Source of the DNA: Carpediemonas membranifera BICM
Lineage: Eukaryota; Protista; Fornicata
Assembly: GCA_019828565.1 (NCBI GenBank)
Contig: JAHDYR010000067.1
Coordinates: forward strand, 62,001-126,000
DNA: 64,000 nucleotides
Direction of reading: 5' to 3'
In this document: in pieces, positions 1 through 12,246 of the stretch
Numbering within the stretch: the first letter of the stretch is position 1
Layout of the letters: every line of letters starts with the position of its first letter
Position numbers and translations under genes: made by a program
Notes under the pieces: model-generated
The model's input: only the letters and a program-made list of their open reading frames with translations
Databases searched by the model: none
Told to the model about the DNA's origin: nothing

Positions 1-370
1 CATGATTGAAAAGATCATGACGATAGATCACACCAAGGGCGGTCTCTTCAATTGGCTCATTCTGGGGAAGCAAGTTGACTGTGAATTATGCGGCAACCCG
101 ATCGATTTCCCAGAAATAGTATCGACAGAATTATATAAACGATCTCGAACACACAAAAACTGTAGCTGCGTCCATAATTGTCCATAAGAACTGTAATCTG
201 AGCCCAAGCAGTCAATGTTAAATACAGGCTAGACGCTCTTCATATCTTACTCATGGCAGGAGATTACATCATTAAAATTCGATGGTTACTTATGTTGAGT
301 CTGCTCCTCTTAACACACCACTTATAGCTGACTTTACAACGGATAAACACGGATAAACTATTTCAAACTC

Positions 371-3300
371 TCAAAACACAGTGACAGTCGGCTTGACTGC
401 AACGCTGGCGTCACCACTCATGAGCAAACTACCCCTCGACGGCTGGCACCGCATGATTGGGAGACTTATCACACCCGGTCTCCTTGGAGTCAACCGCAGT
501 GTGACGTCCCGTGGGCCATCATAAAGGACACGGGTGAGACCGGCCACGATCCACTCGGCGGTGTCCCAGTGGGTCTCGACAGTCAGCGGGGACGGGGCTG
601 AGCCGCTAAGATGCACTGTCATTGAGAAGGGAACGTCGGCAATAGCCTCGTCAACTGCAATAGCGCGTGTCGCCTGAAGCACAACCGGGCCCGGCAAGGG
701 GATTCGGAGAGGAACAGTGGTCTCGAGGGGCGCCACGGGCATCCTTAGCAGGGTGGGGGACCGCGTCATAGCGAGATGCAGTTTAGCGTCGAGCACCGCA
801 CCACTGGCCGACGTCCAAGCGGGCAGCGAGAGGACCTTACCGGGGGAGAGAAGCTCGTCCGTGACCTCAGCCGCAGGAATGATGCTTGTCTCATCCAGAC
901 GTGCGGAGAGTTTCAGTGGCAATGCCATGATGGGGGTGATACGGACCTGAGCCAACACCCTCCCGTCAGGGCCTCTGGTGGCGGTGGGCTCAATGTCGAT
1001 GAGGGAATCTAGGTCGAGCAGGATTACGTTTGACCGGACGTGACTATCGAACTGCTCCCCAGTATCCTTAATATAGGCCATGTGGATGTCGATGGCGTGT
1101 CGTCCAGCAGGGCCTATGATGGGGAAAGCAACCTGTACCTCGACGTGACTCTTGATGGAGACCAGCTCGACGTCTAGTCCATTAGCAGACGGTACGGCAG
1201 TCAGCTCCTGCACATTGTCCCCAATAGCGTCGGTGTGGCTGTACAGTGGCGCCTGTGATGCCGCGGAGATGTCGGTTGTGATGGTGAGTGTCGCACCAGC
1301 AATACCGTCGATGTCGGTGGCCACGAGAATGGCCGCGTAGTTGACGACGTTAGCGACTAAGGCTTCATCTGCGGCCATAGCAAGCTTCACATTGGGTACG
1401 GAGGGTTCGATTCTCAGGAAATGCGCAGGTTTGGGCTTATACGATACGAACAGCAGCGAGAGGTTGTTGATAGCAACAAGCACCTTCTGGATGAAATAAA
1501 CGCCTGTCCTGCTTGTTCGCCGTCCAATGACGTTAATCGAGTCGACCTCGTTCGACAACTCCACGCCCCTCCTGCTGAACGTCAGGGACGGAGACCCCGC
1601 TATCCTAGTGTGCTCCACAGGGTCGACCGGCACTAGCACGACAGAGACAGCAGTGGCGGGCAGAGGGTGGTCCAGCAGATAGTTCACTTTGACTTTGATG
1701 GTGGCGGGCTGACCCGTCATGACAGTTTTAGTCAAAGGGGTTGCTGAGAGATGGATGAGAGGGCCAGACACCTGACGTAGGAGGGGCTGCATCAGCTGCT
1801 GTGAGGATTGAATGATCTCGGATATCAGTGATTCAGAGTCAAGATCTGTCTTTGCTCCAAAAGATTCGAATACATCATGAGATTGACCTCTAGTGGCAGG
1901 ATCCGATGCTAGTATCTCTAGACACAGTGCTATATACTCACTATGGTGTCCCAGAGCCTTCTGACACTTGGCAAGGGCGCCACGGACACTGTTGCCAATG
2001 TCGTGCCATCCATCGTCGAAGAACGACCGCATGAACGTCTTAAACAGCACCTCAGCGTCCTGGTACTCGTCCCTAGCAAAGTGGACGAAGGCGGCATCAC
2101 CGTGGAGTCTGGAGACTGTCCTGTGGCGCCCCCCCATGGTGTAGTGGAGGATGGCCATGTCGGTGAACTTGAGGTAAAGGTCCCTGTACCCGCTCTCGGT
2201 CGTCAAGCCCCGTCTCAGCACTGGGGGGATCGTCTGGGCGGTTCCCAGGCTGCTGGCGTCGATGCCACTATCCTTCCTCGTGTGACTGCCGGTAATAGGC
2301 GTCGGCGGTGTTGGTGGAGCCCCCATATCTGCCCCGGACCTCGCTGTCTGCACCCCCTGCCACTGCTGGGCAACAGTGGTTGGATCCGCGGGAGTTCTTA
2401 CGATGTCTGCCGCAAGGGTGGGTGTGGAGAGGTCTTCAGCCTGCGATAGGCGGTAGAGCTGGTCGAGCAGGTTTCGAGCGAATATGAAGAGGTTAGCGGT
2501 GAGTATGACGAGGTCATGGGCCCCTTTCGCCTTGGTCTTGCCGACCAAACTTTGGGCGTAGACGGCGATGCTGTAGTGCATACAGAATCGCCAGATCAGT
2601 GGGAAGTGCGGTGGGAAGGCGTGCGCCTCTATGGACTCGCCCATTGATGCAGTGAAGTCCATTAGTTTCTTCACCGCCCCCTGATAATCTCCACAATGCT
2701 CCAGAATCTGCCGCTGCTGATCGACGAAGTAGAACCGGACAGAGGTCTCAGTCAGCCCCTTGGCTCTCAGTATGTTGTGGGAGAGCCCGTGGGTCGAGAC
2801 GGGCAGGTCTGGGCAGCGTCGGAGGGACGCGATGGCATCAATTTCACCGATGGGGAGGGCCCGGTTGGTACAGAGGGCGTCGAGCTCATCGTATATTCGT
2901 ATTGCCTCTGTAGGCCGTTGGATAGCAACGTTAATCTGCACGATCGACTCCTTAATGCTGACGAACTGAGCTAGGTTGAACGCCGTCCTGTTGCCCCGTA
3001 GAGCCTCTACTCTGCGGGCCTCGGAGTGGTACATCATCATCCTCCGCTCAAGTTCTCTCACTACACCGCTCTTGATGTGCTGAACAAGCTGGTGCAGAGG
3101 ACTATCGCGACCGCCACCAGTGTGGATCTTCAGAAGTGAGGGGTGGCCTCTACTAGTGGCGAAGTCCTGCTTCATCTTGTCCCATACCTTTCTGTGGTTC
3201 CGCCCAAGTTGATCGGAGGTGAGTATTCCAGCATGGTCGACTGGGACGAACACCAACAGAGATGAGGTGGCCCGGGAGCTGATCATGGAAAGCCAGTGAC

Positions 3301-3637
3301 GGACGGGGGGACGGATGGAAGAGACGTAGTCGGATGATGCACTCACAACGGCCAGATAGACGTCGAATACTGGTGCTTCAAGGGAAAGGATGCTGCCGTC
3401 GGATGAGTGCGGGGCCACCGTGACCTCAGGAAGGTGCTTGAAGGTGATTGGGAGGCGTTCGATTGTATCCTCTGCATTGGTACAGGCGTTAGTCCATGTG
3501 ACATTCTGTAGGGACGATAAGGGGATGTACTCTGATAGAGCGGACCACAGGGAGCCCCAGATGTTCGATGGATCCTCGTCTGTGTTAAAATGTTGTTATA
3601 AGCTGTGCATACACGCTACAATCGTCTGATAGTCCAT
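371..3637 (-). CDS. TRAPPC10: TRAPP II subunit TRAPPC10/Trs130-like; join(3637..3613,3579..371), ~1077 aa
   Basis: The 1015-aa ORF is open upstream to a 33-nt intron (3580-3612, GTATGC...TTAACACAG). Splicing gives the N-terminus MDYQTIVAYEDPSNIWGSL. Motifs include FVSIKESIV...EAIRIYDELDA and the C-terminal WIVAG..LTP..PG...LP. Confidence 0.75.
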
Positions 3638-3865
3638 CAGACGTGCAATGGACTTGGATTAGCCGTCGTTGCCAGGCCGACTCTGAGAGCGAGTCAGAAA
3701 TGTGGCACTGAACTCAGCTACTCAGCGGAAGTGCAGGGGGGCAGGATAGACCCACTGTTGCTGTCTCTGATCGCCGGCAGTCTGTGAAAAAATGCTGCGA
3801 ACGAAATGTCGAAAAGGTACGAATGGCCCTGAACGAAGGCTGAGAATTCCCTGATATCATAACCA

Positions 3866-4375
3866 ATGAGTGATATGACACGAACGGCGACGTCGAAGAT
3901 CCATGAAAAGCCCCAGGATCGTCATCACCAGCCGCCTCCTTCATCTCAGACGCCCTCCACGCCCCCTCATGGAGCAGGCATCGGATACTCATCCCCAATC
4001 ACACCAATGGCGACCCAAATGACCGCCAGCTCCCCAGACCGATCGATCTTCATCCCGCGATCCCCGTTGACGCCCTACGCCGCCCTTTGGCCCCACACGC
4101 CTCTGGACCTCATGTGCGATGCTAAGGCACAGGACAGGATGCTCCGGGAACAACAGCCGCTGTGTCTGCAACCCGATACGGCGGACTTTATGCTCATGTA
4201 TGAGCGACTAAGGGTTGCAGAAAGAGAGGCGGTGCAGAACCACAGTAGAAACGGACTGCAGGCGTATGCCGTGTTCAGACCTGATAGCCCCGCCCCCGTA
4301 AGGCGGACCACGCTGTCGGCCGAGATGCCCGAGCCTCCCTCGGCACGACGACTGCTTTTCGATGACTTGTTGTAG
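3866..4375 (+). CDS. Hypothetical S/T-P-rich protein with C-terminal RRLLF (cyclin-docking-like) motif
   Basis: 169-aa ATG ORF in an otherwise empty interval, with many SP/TP sites, ending SARRLLFDDLL; AATAAA follows the stop. Confidence 0.55.
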   Translation: MSDMTRTATSKIHEKPQDRHHQPPPSSQTPSTPPHGAGIGYSSPITPMATQMTASSPDRSIFIPRSPLTPYAALWPHTPLDLMCDAKAQDRMLREQQPLCLQPDTADFMLMYERLRVAEREAVQNHSRNGLQAYAVFRPDSPAPVRRTTLSAEMPEPPSARRLLFDDLL

Positions 4376-4612
4376 ATGAGAGATTGATGGTTTAATAATA
4401 AAGTCGACGTCGGGTGACAGGTGGTGGCACCCTGTGTGCTTTTGATATGGGAGTTGACATGCTTTTGCAGCGATGGGGCTTGCACTGACTCCATCTAGCT
4501 TCCATCTCGCCGATGCATTCCTCTATTTCCCTCCAGTCAAGCACTCAGAGGACACCGCAGCTTATGGCACCTTTCTTTTTCATTCTCCCATCCACAACAA
4601 TTCTTCTTCTCA

Positions 4613-4759
4613 ATGGGCGTCAACCACTCTCAAATGCAGCCTGATAACCTGATGATGACCGATCTCCGCGGTATCGAGGAACCCGACACCCTTTCCTGTG
4701 GACTTAGGGTTGGTGTCGTCGATCTCGGCAACAGGACCGGTGCTAGCAAGTCGGGATAG
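4613..4759 (+). CDS. Candidate 48-aa microprotein with N-myristoylation-type start (MGVNHS)
   Basis: Hand translation: MGVNHSQMQPDNLMMTDLRGIEEPDTLSCGLRVGVVDLGNRTGASKSG*. Preceded by a pyrimidine-rich leader. Below the ORF-track size cut-off. Confidence 0.3.
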   Translation: MGVNHSQMQPDNLMMTDLRGIEEPDTLSCGLRVGVVDLGNRTGASKSG

Positions 4760-4914
4760 GCACTAGATATAAACTGACAGCGATAGACTACATATCCAGC
4801 TTCTAAGCCGTGATTTGGATTGATGCTGCTTCAAATCTGATGTGAGTCTTCCCCTTGCTTCAGTCCTCAACAGGACACGAGTAGCACAGCTCCCGTTGTT
4901 TACACACGTCCATC

Positions 4915-6193
4915 TCAGCCTAAGCACGCCGTGACCGTGAGAGGAGTGAGTCCGGGCGACATTTCCCACAGTTGCATGGGTTCCGGAAGCACCACGGGCT
5001 CCGTCACCATGCACGGCTTGGAAACCAGCGGCTGCCTCGAACCCACGCCCAGACCCACCCCGGCGTTGTGTCCGAATGCGAAGAGAGAGCCATCCTTGCA
5101 CTTGACCCAAGTTGACCCGACCATCTCGCCCTCGAAGACCTCCGTCACATCGATACCGCTAAGCTCCTTCCACTGTAGACCGGAGAACCCGTCGTCGCCG
5201 CTGCCGAGCCCAGCTGCCGATATACTATACCAGGTCTGTGTGTCGGCCCGCTTAGCGACCATGCTGCCGTCCTGGGGACAGACATACAGCCCGAGCACAG
5301 GCCAGGGGAACTGGAGTGGGGCGGGTGTGACATAGACGTTATGTCCGCCCGGCATGTATGCCTTGATGCAGCTGTGCGACACGTCCCCCGCCAGCATGAC
5401 GATCTTTCGCTGGGCGAGGAAGAGGGTGCAGGTTGGGGCTGTCACCGCTGCATGGATGGGGAAGCCCAGCGGTGTCAGTGTGCGGGCATGTATCACGTCG
5501 GGCCCGAGTCCCAGTCGCCCCCTGCGATTTGACCCGACCACAAAGCACTTTGACTGCGATGTCACGAGAGCCATCCTATCATGACCGAGACACACGTCAT
5601 GGACGTCATCGAAGTCGACCCGCACCAGCTGGTCCACAGGCCTGTCGTGCCCGAGTCCAAGCTGGTAGTCGCGGTTGGCGCCAGTGACGAACAGACTACC
5701 GCTAGCAAGTACTGCTGCACATCCGCCGTCGCACACCAGCTTGGTCACGGAGCTTGCGTCCACCCGCACGTCGGCCTGCTTGTTGACCTTCAGCAAGGAG
5801 GGTCTAGCAGTCCCGTGGAAGCGGATGATGCCCTGCTCAGTAACACCGACGGCCAGACCCATCGAGACAGCAATCTTGGAGACACGGAGGATGGGTAGTC
5901 TCGTGATGGCAGTCGGTGCCTGGTTGTCGGTGGCAAAAACTCGGCCACCGAAGCTCACAAAGGATGCAGTGCCATCGTTGACTGGTGTGGCTCTCGGGGT
6001 TGCAGTAGTCTTAGATAGAAACCACATGGGGGATTTTCTCGGACATAGGCCGGCTGCTGACGTCAGAATTGCCCACATGATGTCTGGTGGAAGCTCAGAG
6101 AACGTCACGCCGGACGAACGCTTTCCAATGCGTTGTATTGATGTTTTGCTGATTCCACAGCCCTGTGTTATAGCTTAAAGACCCGCTAACCAT
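4915..6193 (-). CDS. RCC1/BLIP-II repeat protein with F-box-like segment and MGCGIS acylation motif; join(6193..6191,6162..4915), ~416 aa
   Basis: RCC1-type motifs LFVTGANRDYQLGLGH, VGSNRRGRLGLG and FAFGHNAGVGLGVG. FSELPPDIMWAIL is F-box-like. A 28-nt intron (6163-6190, GTTAGC...ATAACACAG) directly after an ATG restores an in-frame MGCGISKT start. Confidence 0.65.
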
Positions 6194-6738
6194 TTCAAAT
6201 CGCCTTTTCGTTGTCAGAATCAGATTCGTAATCTCCGAAAAATCGAGACCAGCGAGGAACCGTAGTGAGGGTGTCCATATATCACCCATCAATGGTCCAA
6301 GTCGCACACGGTCGAGGTTGAGAGGGGTGGTGACAGTGATCTTTGTTGCTGTCATGGTCGCACGAATGATGCCCTTCACGACGTTCTCCAAAGTATCGAT
6401 AGTAGTGGTCGACCTGCTCGCCCTCTGTCATGGTCGCACCTTTGGTTGATTCTGCCTCTGTTGTCCAGGGCGAAGAATGCAAAATTCGTTAAACTCTTGA
6501 ATTAATCAGAAGATGCGACACCCTCGGAGTCATGGGCGTGCATTGACCAAAATAGACGACCCTGATTCTCCACACCTTACCACCATCACATTTCATCTGC
6601 TGGACAGACCGAGTCCCCAGGTTGTATTGATTGGGTCGGCCCTGTGATCGACCAGGCAGCCAAGGCGGACAGGCAGCGGGATGCCATGCCATGTAAGCGT
6701 CATTCCACTTGTTGAGGCGGTCAACCATTATATGAGGT

Positions 6739-7307
6739 TTAGTAAGCAGCCTGGAAGCCGGAGTCGGGGGGAGGGGCGCTGGCGGCCCCGGGCATCGTAA
6801 GTGGGTTATCCACGGGCTTTTCGGCCTGTCCATTTTCAGCCGCATCATTGGCAGCCTGGAATGTCATGATGCCGCGGTAAATAGCGTAGATTTTTCCACC
6901 TATAAACCCGACGAAGAAGAAGGCCATGCCGCCGAAGATGAGGAGCATGATGAGGCCAATAAGAAGGAAGTTCAGGAACATAGTGATAAGGGCACCGAGG
7001 AAGGGGATAATGGCCCACAGCATGTTGAGAATGAAGAGGGGGATAGCGATGGGGATAAGAATGATGCCAACAAGAGGCCACGGGACGACAGTGAGAAGGG
7101 AGAGGAAGCCGATGATCACGGTTTCCTTGTGGCCAGACATATAGCCAATGATGATTGAGCCAAGGCCTGTGTGAGAGCATTGCAAGCTGAATGTAGAAAA
7201 ATCAAACCAGTTGGAAGAAGAAGGTCGAGAAGAAGCATGAGCAGAGCATGCTCGGGACTTTCTACTTGCGGCACTTCCTGCCCCTTCACGGCTGCAATGA
7301 ACGACAT
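6739..7307 (-). CDS. Small multi-pass membrane protein, Spec3/Stum-like; join(7307..7208,7166..6739), 175 aa
   Basis: Two ORF fragments are joined in frame by a 41-nt intron (7167-7207, GTTTGA...CTCACACAG), giving LLLDLLLPTGLGSIIIG followed by several hydrophobic helices. Confidence 0.6.
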
Positions 7308-7554
7308 GATTTGCGTAGGATTCGACTCGACTCGGTCACAGGCTGAGAACATCGCCGTTAATGACTGCTCTGAACCGCATCATCCATCGCCTCATTCCCG
7401 GGCTGCCAACCTCTGCTGACATGTCTGTGTGTTGTGAGTGAGTCGGATCCGTGGAAATCCATGCGCCTGATAACTAGAAGAGAGCGGTGTCATTTACGAC
7501 CAAGCTCCTACCGCGCATGGCTTCCACAGGCTGCAACCCCATCCGACAGGGCTC

Positions 7555-7986
7555 TCATGGGAGGAACTGCTCGAGGTCTCTCATCTGGGCTAGGATGACC
7601 TCTTTCCCCGTCTCCTGGATCTCACCGGCAAGGAACATCTCGTCCACAATGGCATACACCTTGAGGAAGTTGAACACGAGGTCCAGCTCACAGACGTTGC
7701 CGAAGAACTTGTCGAGGACTTCGACGAAGAGATGAATCGCCTCAAGATGTGCAAGCTCGTTATCATCCTCGTCAATGCCCATTGTGAAGAATAGGCCTGC
7801 ATACCTTCTGTATATTACTTTGAATGTCCGATATTCCACGAAATTGGTGAAGCGAGGGCTGCGCGTGGTCACAAGCGAATGCACTTCAGCTTCTACTTTG
7901 TGCTGCTCGTCTTCTTCGTATGGAATATACCATTTGGACAGACGAGTCCGTCCCTGGCGGTTCTGTATGAGGAAAAAACGGATCAT
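7555..7986 (-). CDS. AP2S1: AP-2 adaptor complex sigma subunit
   Basis: 143 aa; [63 protein letters not shown]. Confidence 0.92.
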   Translation of the reverse strand: MIRFFLIQNRQGRTRLSKWYIPYEEDEQHKVEAEVHSLVTTRSPRFTNFVEYRTFKVIYRRYAGLFFTMGIDEDDNELAHLEAIHLFVEVLDKFFGNVCELDLVFNFLKVYAIVDEMFLAGEIQETGKEVILAQMRDLEQFLP

Positions 7987-8373
7987 TAGCTTTTGACAGC
8001 TCGTGCAGAATAAGGATAGTATATAAATATATTAATGTAGCGTTTAGAGATGTTTACTGGGGGTTCATGTGAAGAAGGCTTTAGACTCAAGTATTCTTAT
8101 CCTGCTAAGCACCTCATAGGCTTAAAAGAGTCAACCGACCGTCAACCAATCGTTGGGTGCGTAGTTGGTGTCAGTCGATCGCGGTGAGACTGTCCCAGGG
8201 AGAGCACCGAGAGCACCCATACCCGGTCCGACGAACTGTGGGAGGACTGTCATTTTACCCCAATTATGATCAACTGGCCACAATCTTTACTCGTCTACAA
8301 TTCCTGCAAGGTCATTGACACTGCCACGGCATGTCATCGGTGTCAACAAGACTCTGGTGGTGGCAATTTATCC

Positions 8374-8864
<491 letters not shown>

Positions 8865-9048
8865 TCAACAAAAGTTGTTCCTAAACCTGCGTATAGAATT
8901 GATCTCGTCACCAAATCAGCATGCCACGCGTGACCCAGTTGTCTCATCGCTGGACAGCGTGCAATGCTGTCAGTATCACAACCACGCCCAGTCTCTGTAT
9001 TCACGTCACACTGAGATACAGACAAATCTGCGCGCCAAATCATGGTAT

Positions 9049-9835
9049 TTACAAGTCCTCCTCTCCCTGGTTCTCGGATGAGGTCCAGAGGGTGAGGTTG
9101 TCGCGGAGGAGCTGCATGATGAGGGTAGAGTCCTTGTAGGAGTCCTCGGTCAGCTCATCGAGCTCGGCAATAGCGTCGTCAAAAGCCTGCTTGGCAAGGT
9201 GGCAAGCGCGGTCAGGTGACGACAGGATCTCGTAGTAGAAGACGGAGAAGTTGAGGGCAAGGCCGAGACGGATGGGGTGGGTTGGGGGCAGGTCGACCTG
9301 AGCAATGTCGGAGGCGTTGCGGTAAGCACTGAGGGACTCCTCGGCAGTCTCCTTGCGGGAGTCGCCGACGGCGATTTCAGCGAGGTAGCGGTGGTAGTCA
9401 CCCTTCATCTTGTAGTAGAAGACCTTGGCCTCACCAGTGGTGGATGAGGGGAGGAGGTTCTTGTCAAGGAGAGTCAGGAGATCGGTGCAGATGTCGTTAA
9501 GCTCACCCTCGATCTTGCGGCGGTACTCACGGATGATCTCGACGTGGCCCTCGGCACCACGGGACTCCTCTTTGGACTCAATGGAGGAGACAATGCGCCA
9601 GGAGGCACGGCGGGCGCTGATGACGTTCTTGTAAGCGACAGAGAGAAGATTACGCTCCTCAACAGAAAGCTCGACGTTAAGGGCAGCAACATCCTTCATG
9701 CAGGAAACCATCTCTGAGTAAGAGCATCGGCACGAGTTAGAGGATCCAAAACCTCTCACGATACAAACCCTCATAACGCTCAGCGGATTCATTCAGCTTA
9801 GCCAGATAGATCTTGTTTTCACGGTTCTCGCTCAT
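9049..9835 (-). CDS. 14-3-3 protein; join(9835..9769,9713..9049), 243 aa
   Basis: [40 protein letters not shown] and [17 protein letters not shown] 55-nt intron (9714-9768, GTTTGT...CTTACTCAG) restores [22 protein letters not shown]|EMV. Confidence 0.97.
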
Positions 9836-10152
9836 GCCTGTAGGCGGAGATATAGCTCGTTCTTTGTTCTTGCACTTTTTCGTGTCAAGAAAAAAGCTGG
9901 CGCGATTGCAGCCATCAATCAGCGCCAGCAGAGGATAGTGATCGCATGATAAGGCACTGACAACAGTTGTACTGGTACAAACGACTCATTGCCAGGGTTA
10001 GAGATCAGATCCAGCCCCGCATGGAGCAGATTGGGTCTGGATCAGGTCAGGAGACGGTTGCATGGCGTTGTACAGGACACATGCTAGTGTAGGCTAGTAC
10101 AGCGAAGGCCAATAGGTGTGTGAGTTGGTCAACTTGCCTATGTAAAACGTAA

Positions 10153-11700
10153 ATGGATCACCACCGACGACGATCATCGTTAATGAACGTTGCGGAGGAC
10201 GTAGAAACGGATGAGCGGTACGTGCAGAATGCGCTAGGGAATTCTTTGCGCAATTTCGATGATTTGCCTGTGTTCAAGAAGTATTTAGCCTATGTGAGTA
10301 CCACTGGCGATAACGACCGACTTCTCGAGGCCTACGAGTTTGCTACACGCCGATTGGGTTATCACATGGAGTCTCTTCCCTTTTGGCAGGAGCTCGTTCG
10401 TCTCACAATCAAGCTGGGCACATCTGAAGCTGAGGCGCTTGAGAAGGTCCCGCGACTCCCAGTCCCGGGTCTTCCAGACCTCCTAGGGCTCACTGGCGAC
10501 GAGAAGCAGAGTCTAGAGATCCAGATTCACGAGCGTCGTAAGTTTGAGCGCTGTATTGTCCGGACAGACGACACCGAGAGGCCGAAGGACGGACCAACCA
10601 CGGAGTACAGGCAGTGGGCACCGTACATCGCGTGGGAACTCGAGCAGCAGTCACCGTACAAGCACTACCGCGTCTGCTCCGTGTTCGAGCAGGCTCTGCT
10701 GAGCTGTCTGCACCATCCGGTTGTCTGGCTGAGATACTCGCAGTATCTGATGTACAGACGCCCTGAGGATCCAGAGGGAACTGACAGGGAGCTGGTCAGA
10801 CTGTGGGGCAGACTTGATTGTGCCGACCTGAAGTCCAACATCCCCTTCTTCGCAGCTGCTGACTATTTCGAGCAGTTTAGTGCAGTTGACGATGACCTCC
10901 GTAGCGCTTGTGTGAGCATATTCGAGACACTATGCGACCGGGGTGACCCTCTTGGTTGGATCGAGTACTACAAATTCGCCCAGCGTCGGGGTAACCCGGT
11001 CCAGCTGCGAGCCATCACCGAGCGGATGAAAGCTGCAGCAGAGGAGAACGAGGGCGACGACTGGGTCCAGGTGAGGGCGGCCCTCGGTGTCCCCCCGCCC
11101 CCAGATCGGCCTACTGGTCATGAGAACGCCATGGTCGACCGTATTGTCCAGCATTCCTTCGGGGCCCTGCTGCCCTGCTCGAGGGCAACAGTGGAGGCCC
11201 TGGACCCGCAGGCTGCTGGTGTGGCTGGCCCATTCATGGCAGACAAGGTCAACATGACCAACGCTGACCTCCAGCGGAGAGCGGCGTCAGTGCAACCTCC
11301 GGATGTGTCTCAAATGGTGGTGGTTGATTCACTCAATAACAAGCTTGTATCTGTAGATTGTGCAGATTCTGTGGTCCCGCCTGGGCCTGGCAAATATCCT
11401 GAAACCACACCAATGGCGGTGGCGGCCCTTGTCAAGAAGCTATATGCCAGTGAGGCCACGCGTCACACACGCCTTGTCCCGACAGTCACCGAGGTGTCAG
11501 AAGCTACCAGCATCCTGGACCTGCAAGTTGTGGCCCCAGAGGGCGTGGTGCCGACCGAACCAAGCATGTTGGTCCCACCAAGGCAGACCAGGGGCGATGA
11601 GCATGAGGAGACGGCTGTTGTTGGGACGGGCGTGAAGGTGCTCAGCAACGTGTTCACGAGACGGATGGCGAGGAAGCTGCAGGTGCGGGAGTCTGTGTGA
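10153..11700 (+). CDS. HAT-repeat protein, CstF-77/Rna14-like
   Basis: 515 aa; AYEFA...LGYHMES.PFW, WAPYIAWE, RVCSVFEQALL...HPVVWLRYSQYL, and a C-terminal NVFTRRM motif. Confidence 0.6.
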   Translation: MDHHRRRSSLMNVAEDVETDERYVQNALGNSLRNFDDLPVFKKYLAYVSTTGDNDRLLEAYEFATRRLGYHMESLPFWQELVRLTIKLGTSEAEALEKVPRLPVPGLPDLLGLTGDEKQSLEIQIHERRKFERCIVRTDDTERPKDGPTTEYRQWAPYIAWELEQQSPYKHYRVCSVFEQALLSCLHHPVVWLRYSQYLMYRRPEDPEGTDRELVRLWGRLDCADLKSNIPFFAAADYFEQFSAVDDDLRSACVSIFETLCDRGDPLGWIEYYKFAQRRGNPVQLRAITERMKAAAEENEGDDWVQVRAALGVPPPPDRPTGHENAMVDRIVQHSFGALLPCSRATVEALDPQAAGVAGPFMADKVNMTNADLQRRAASVQPPDVSQMVVVDSLNNKLVSVDCADSVVPPGPGKYPETTPMAVAALVKKLYASEATRHTRLVPTVTEVSEATSILDLQVVAPEGVVPTEPSMLVPPRQTRGDEHEETAVVGTGVKVLSNVFTRRMARKLQVRESV

Positions 11701-12246
11701 GTGTCCGTTGGTGTAAATGGTGATCATTTGATTGAAGTCGTGGCGGTGGATCTGATCAAGAGTCTGCTGTGCTTCTGGCAGGACCTTGGGCAGTTGGCCA
11801 TCCATCGGGATACGGCCAGGCAATAAACGGGGACAACTGTCAAGCGGGATTAGAGAATGTTACGGGGCGGCACTAGACCCTTTCAGTACCCCAACCAGAC
11901 TGCCCAATGTGGATCTTGCCAGACATGGCGGCCTCTCTCGACATCATGGCCACCTCTGAGTTTGTCAGGGGGTTCGACAGAGGACTGGGTCGACTAGTGC
12001 CACAGCGGATGGTCAGCAACCAGGGCGTAACCCCAGACACTGTAACAAGCTTTGTCTCAGCAGCTCCCCTTCACTCCTCTCCTCTCACAACGTCGTAGTC
12101 TTCGTTGGTCAACGTGACATGGACACCGCCGCCACTGTACTACTACCCCTGCTACACACTCTATCCACCGTCCGATGGCCGCGTGTGATTGCGTCACGGG
12201 GGTGAGGTTGAGACGACCAGCCGAGACTATCGCAACCTTGCCAACA

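Noticed and set aside
339-358. ACGGATAAAC x2 and other tiny tandem duplications
   Set aside because: Ordinary slippage products with no array structure.
4639-4685. CTGATGA as a hammerhead ribozyme core
   Set aside because: There is no correctly placed GAAA or closing stems, and it lies within the candidate small ORF.
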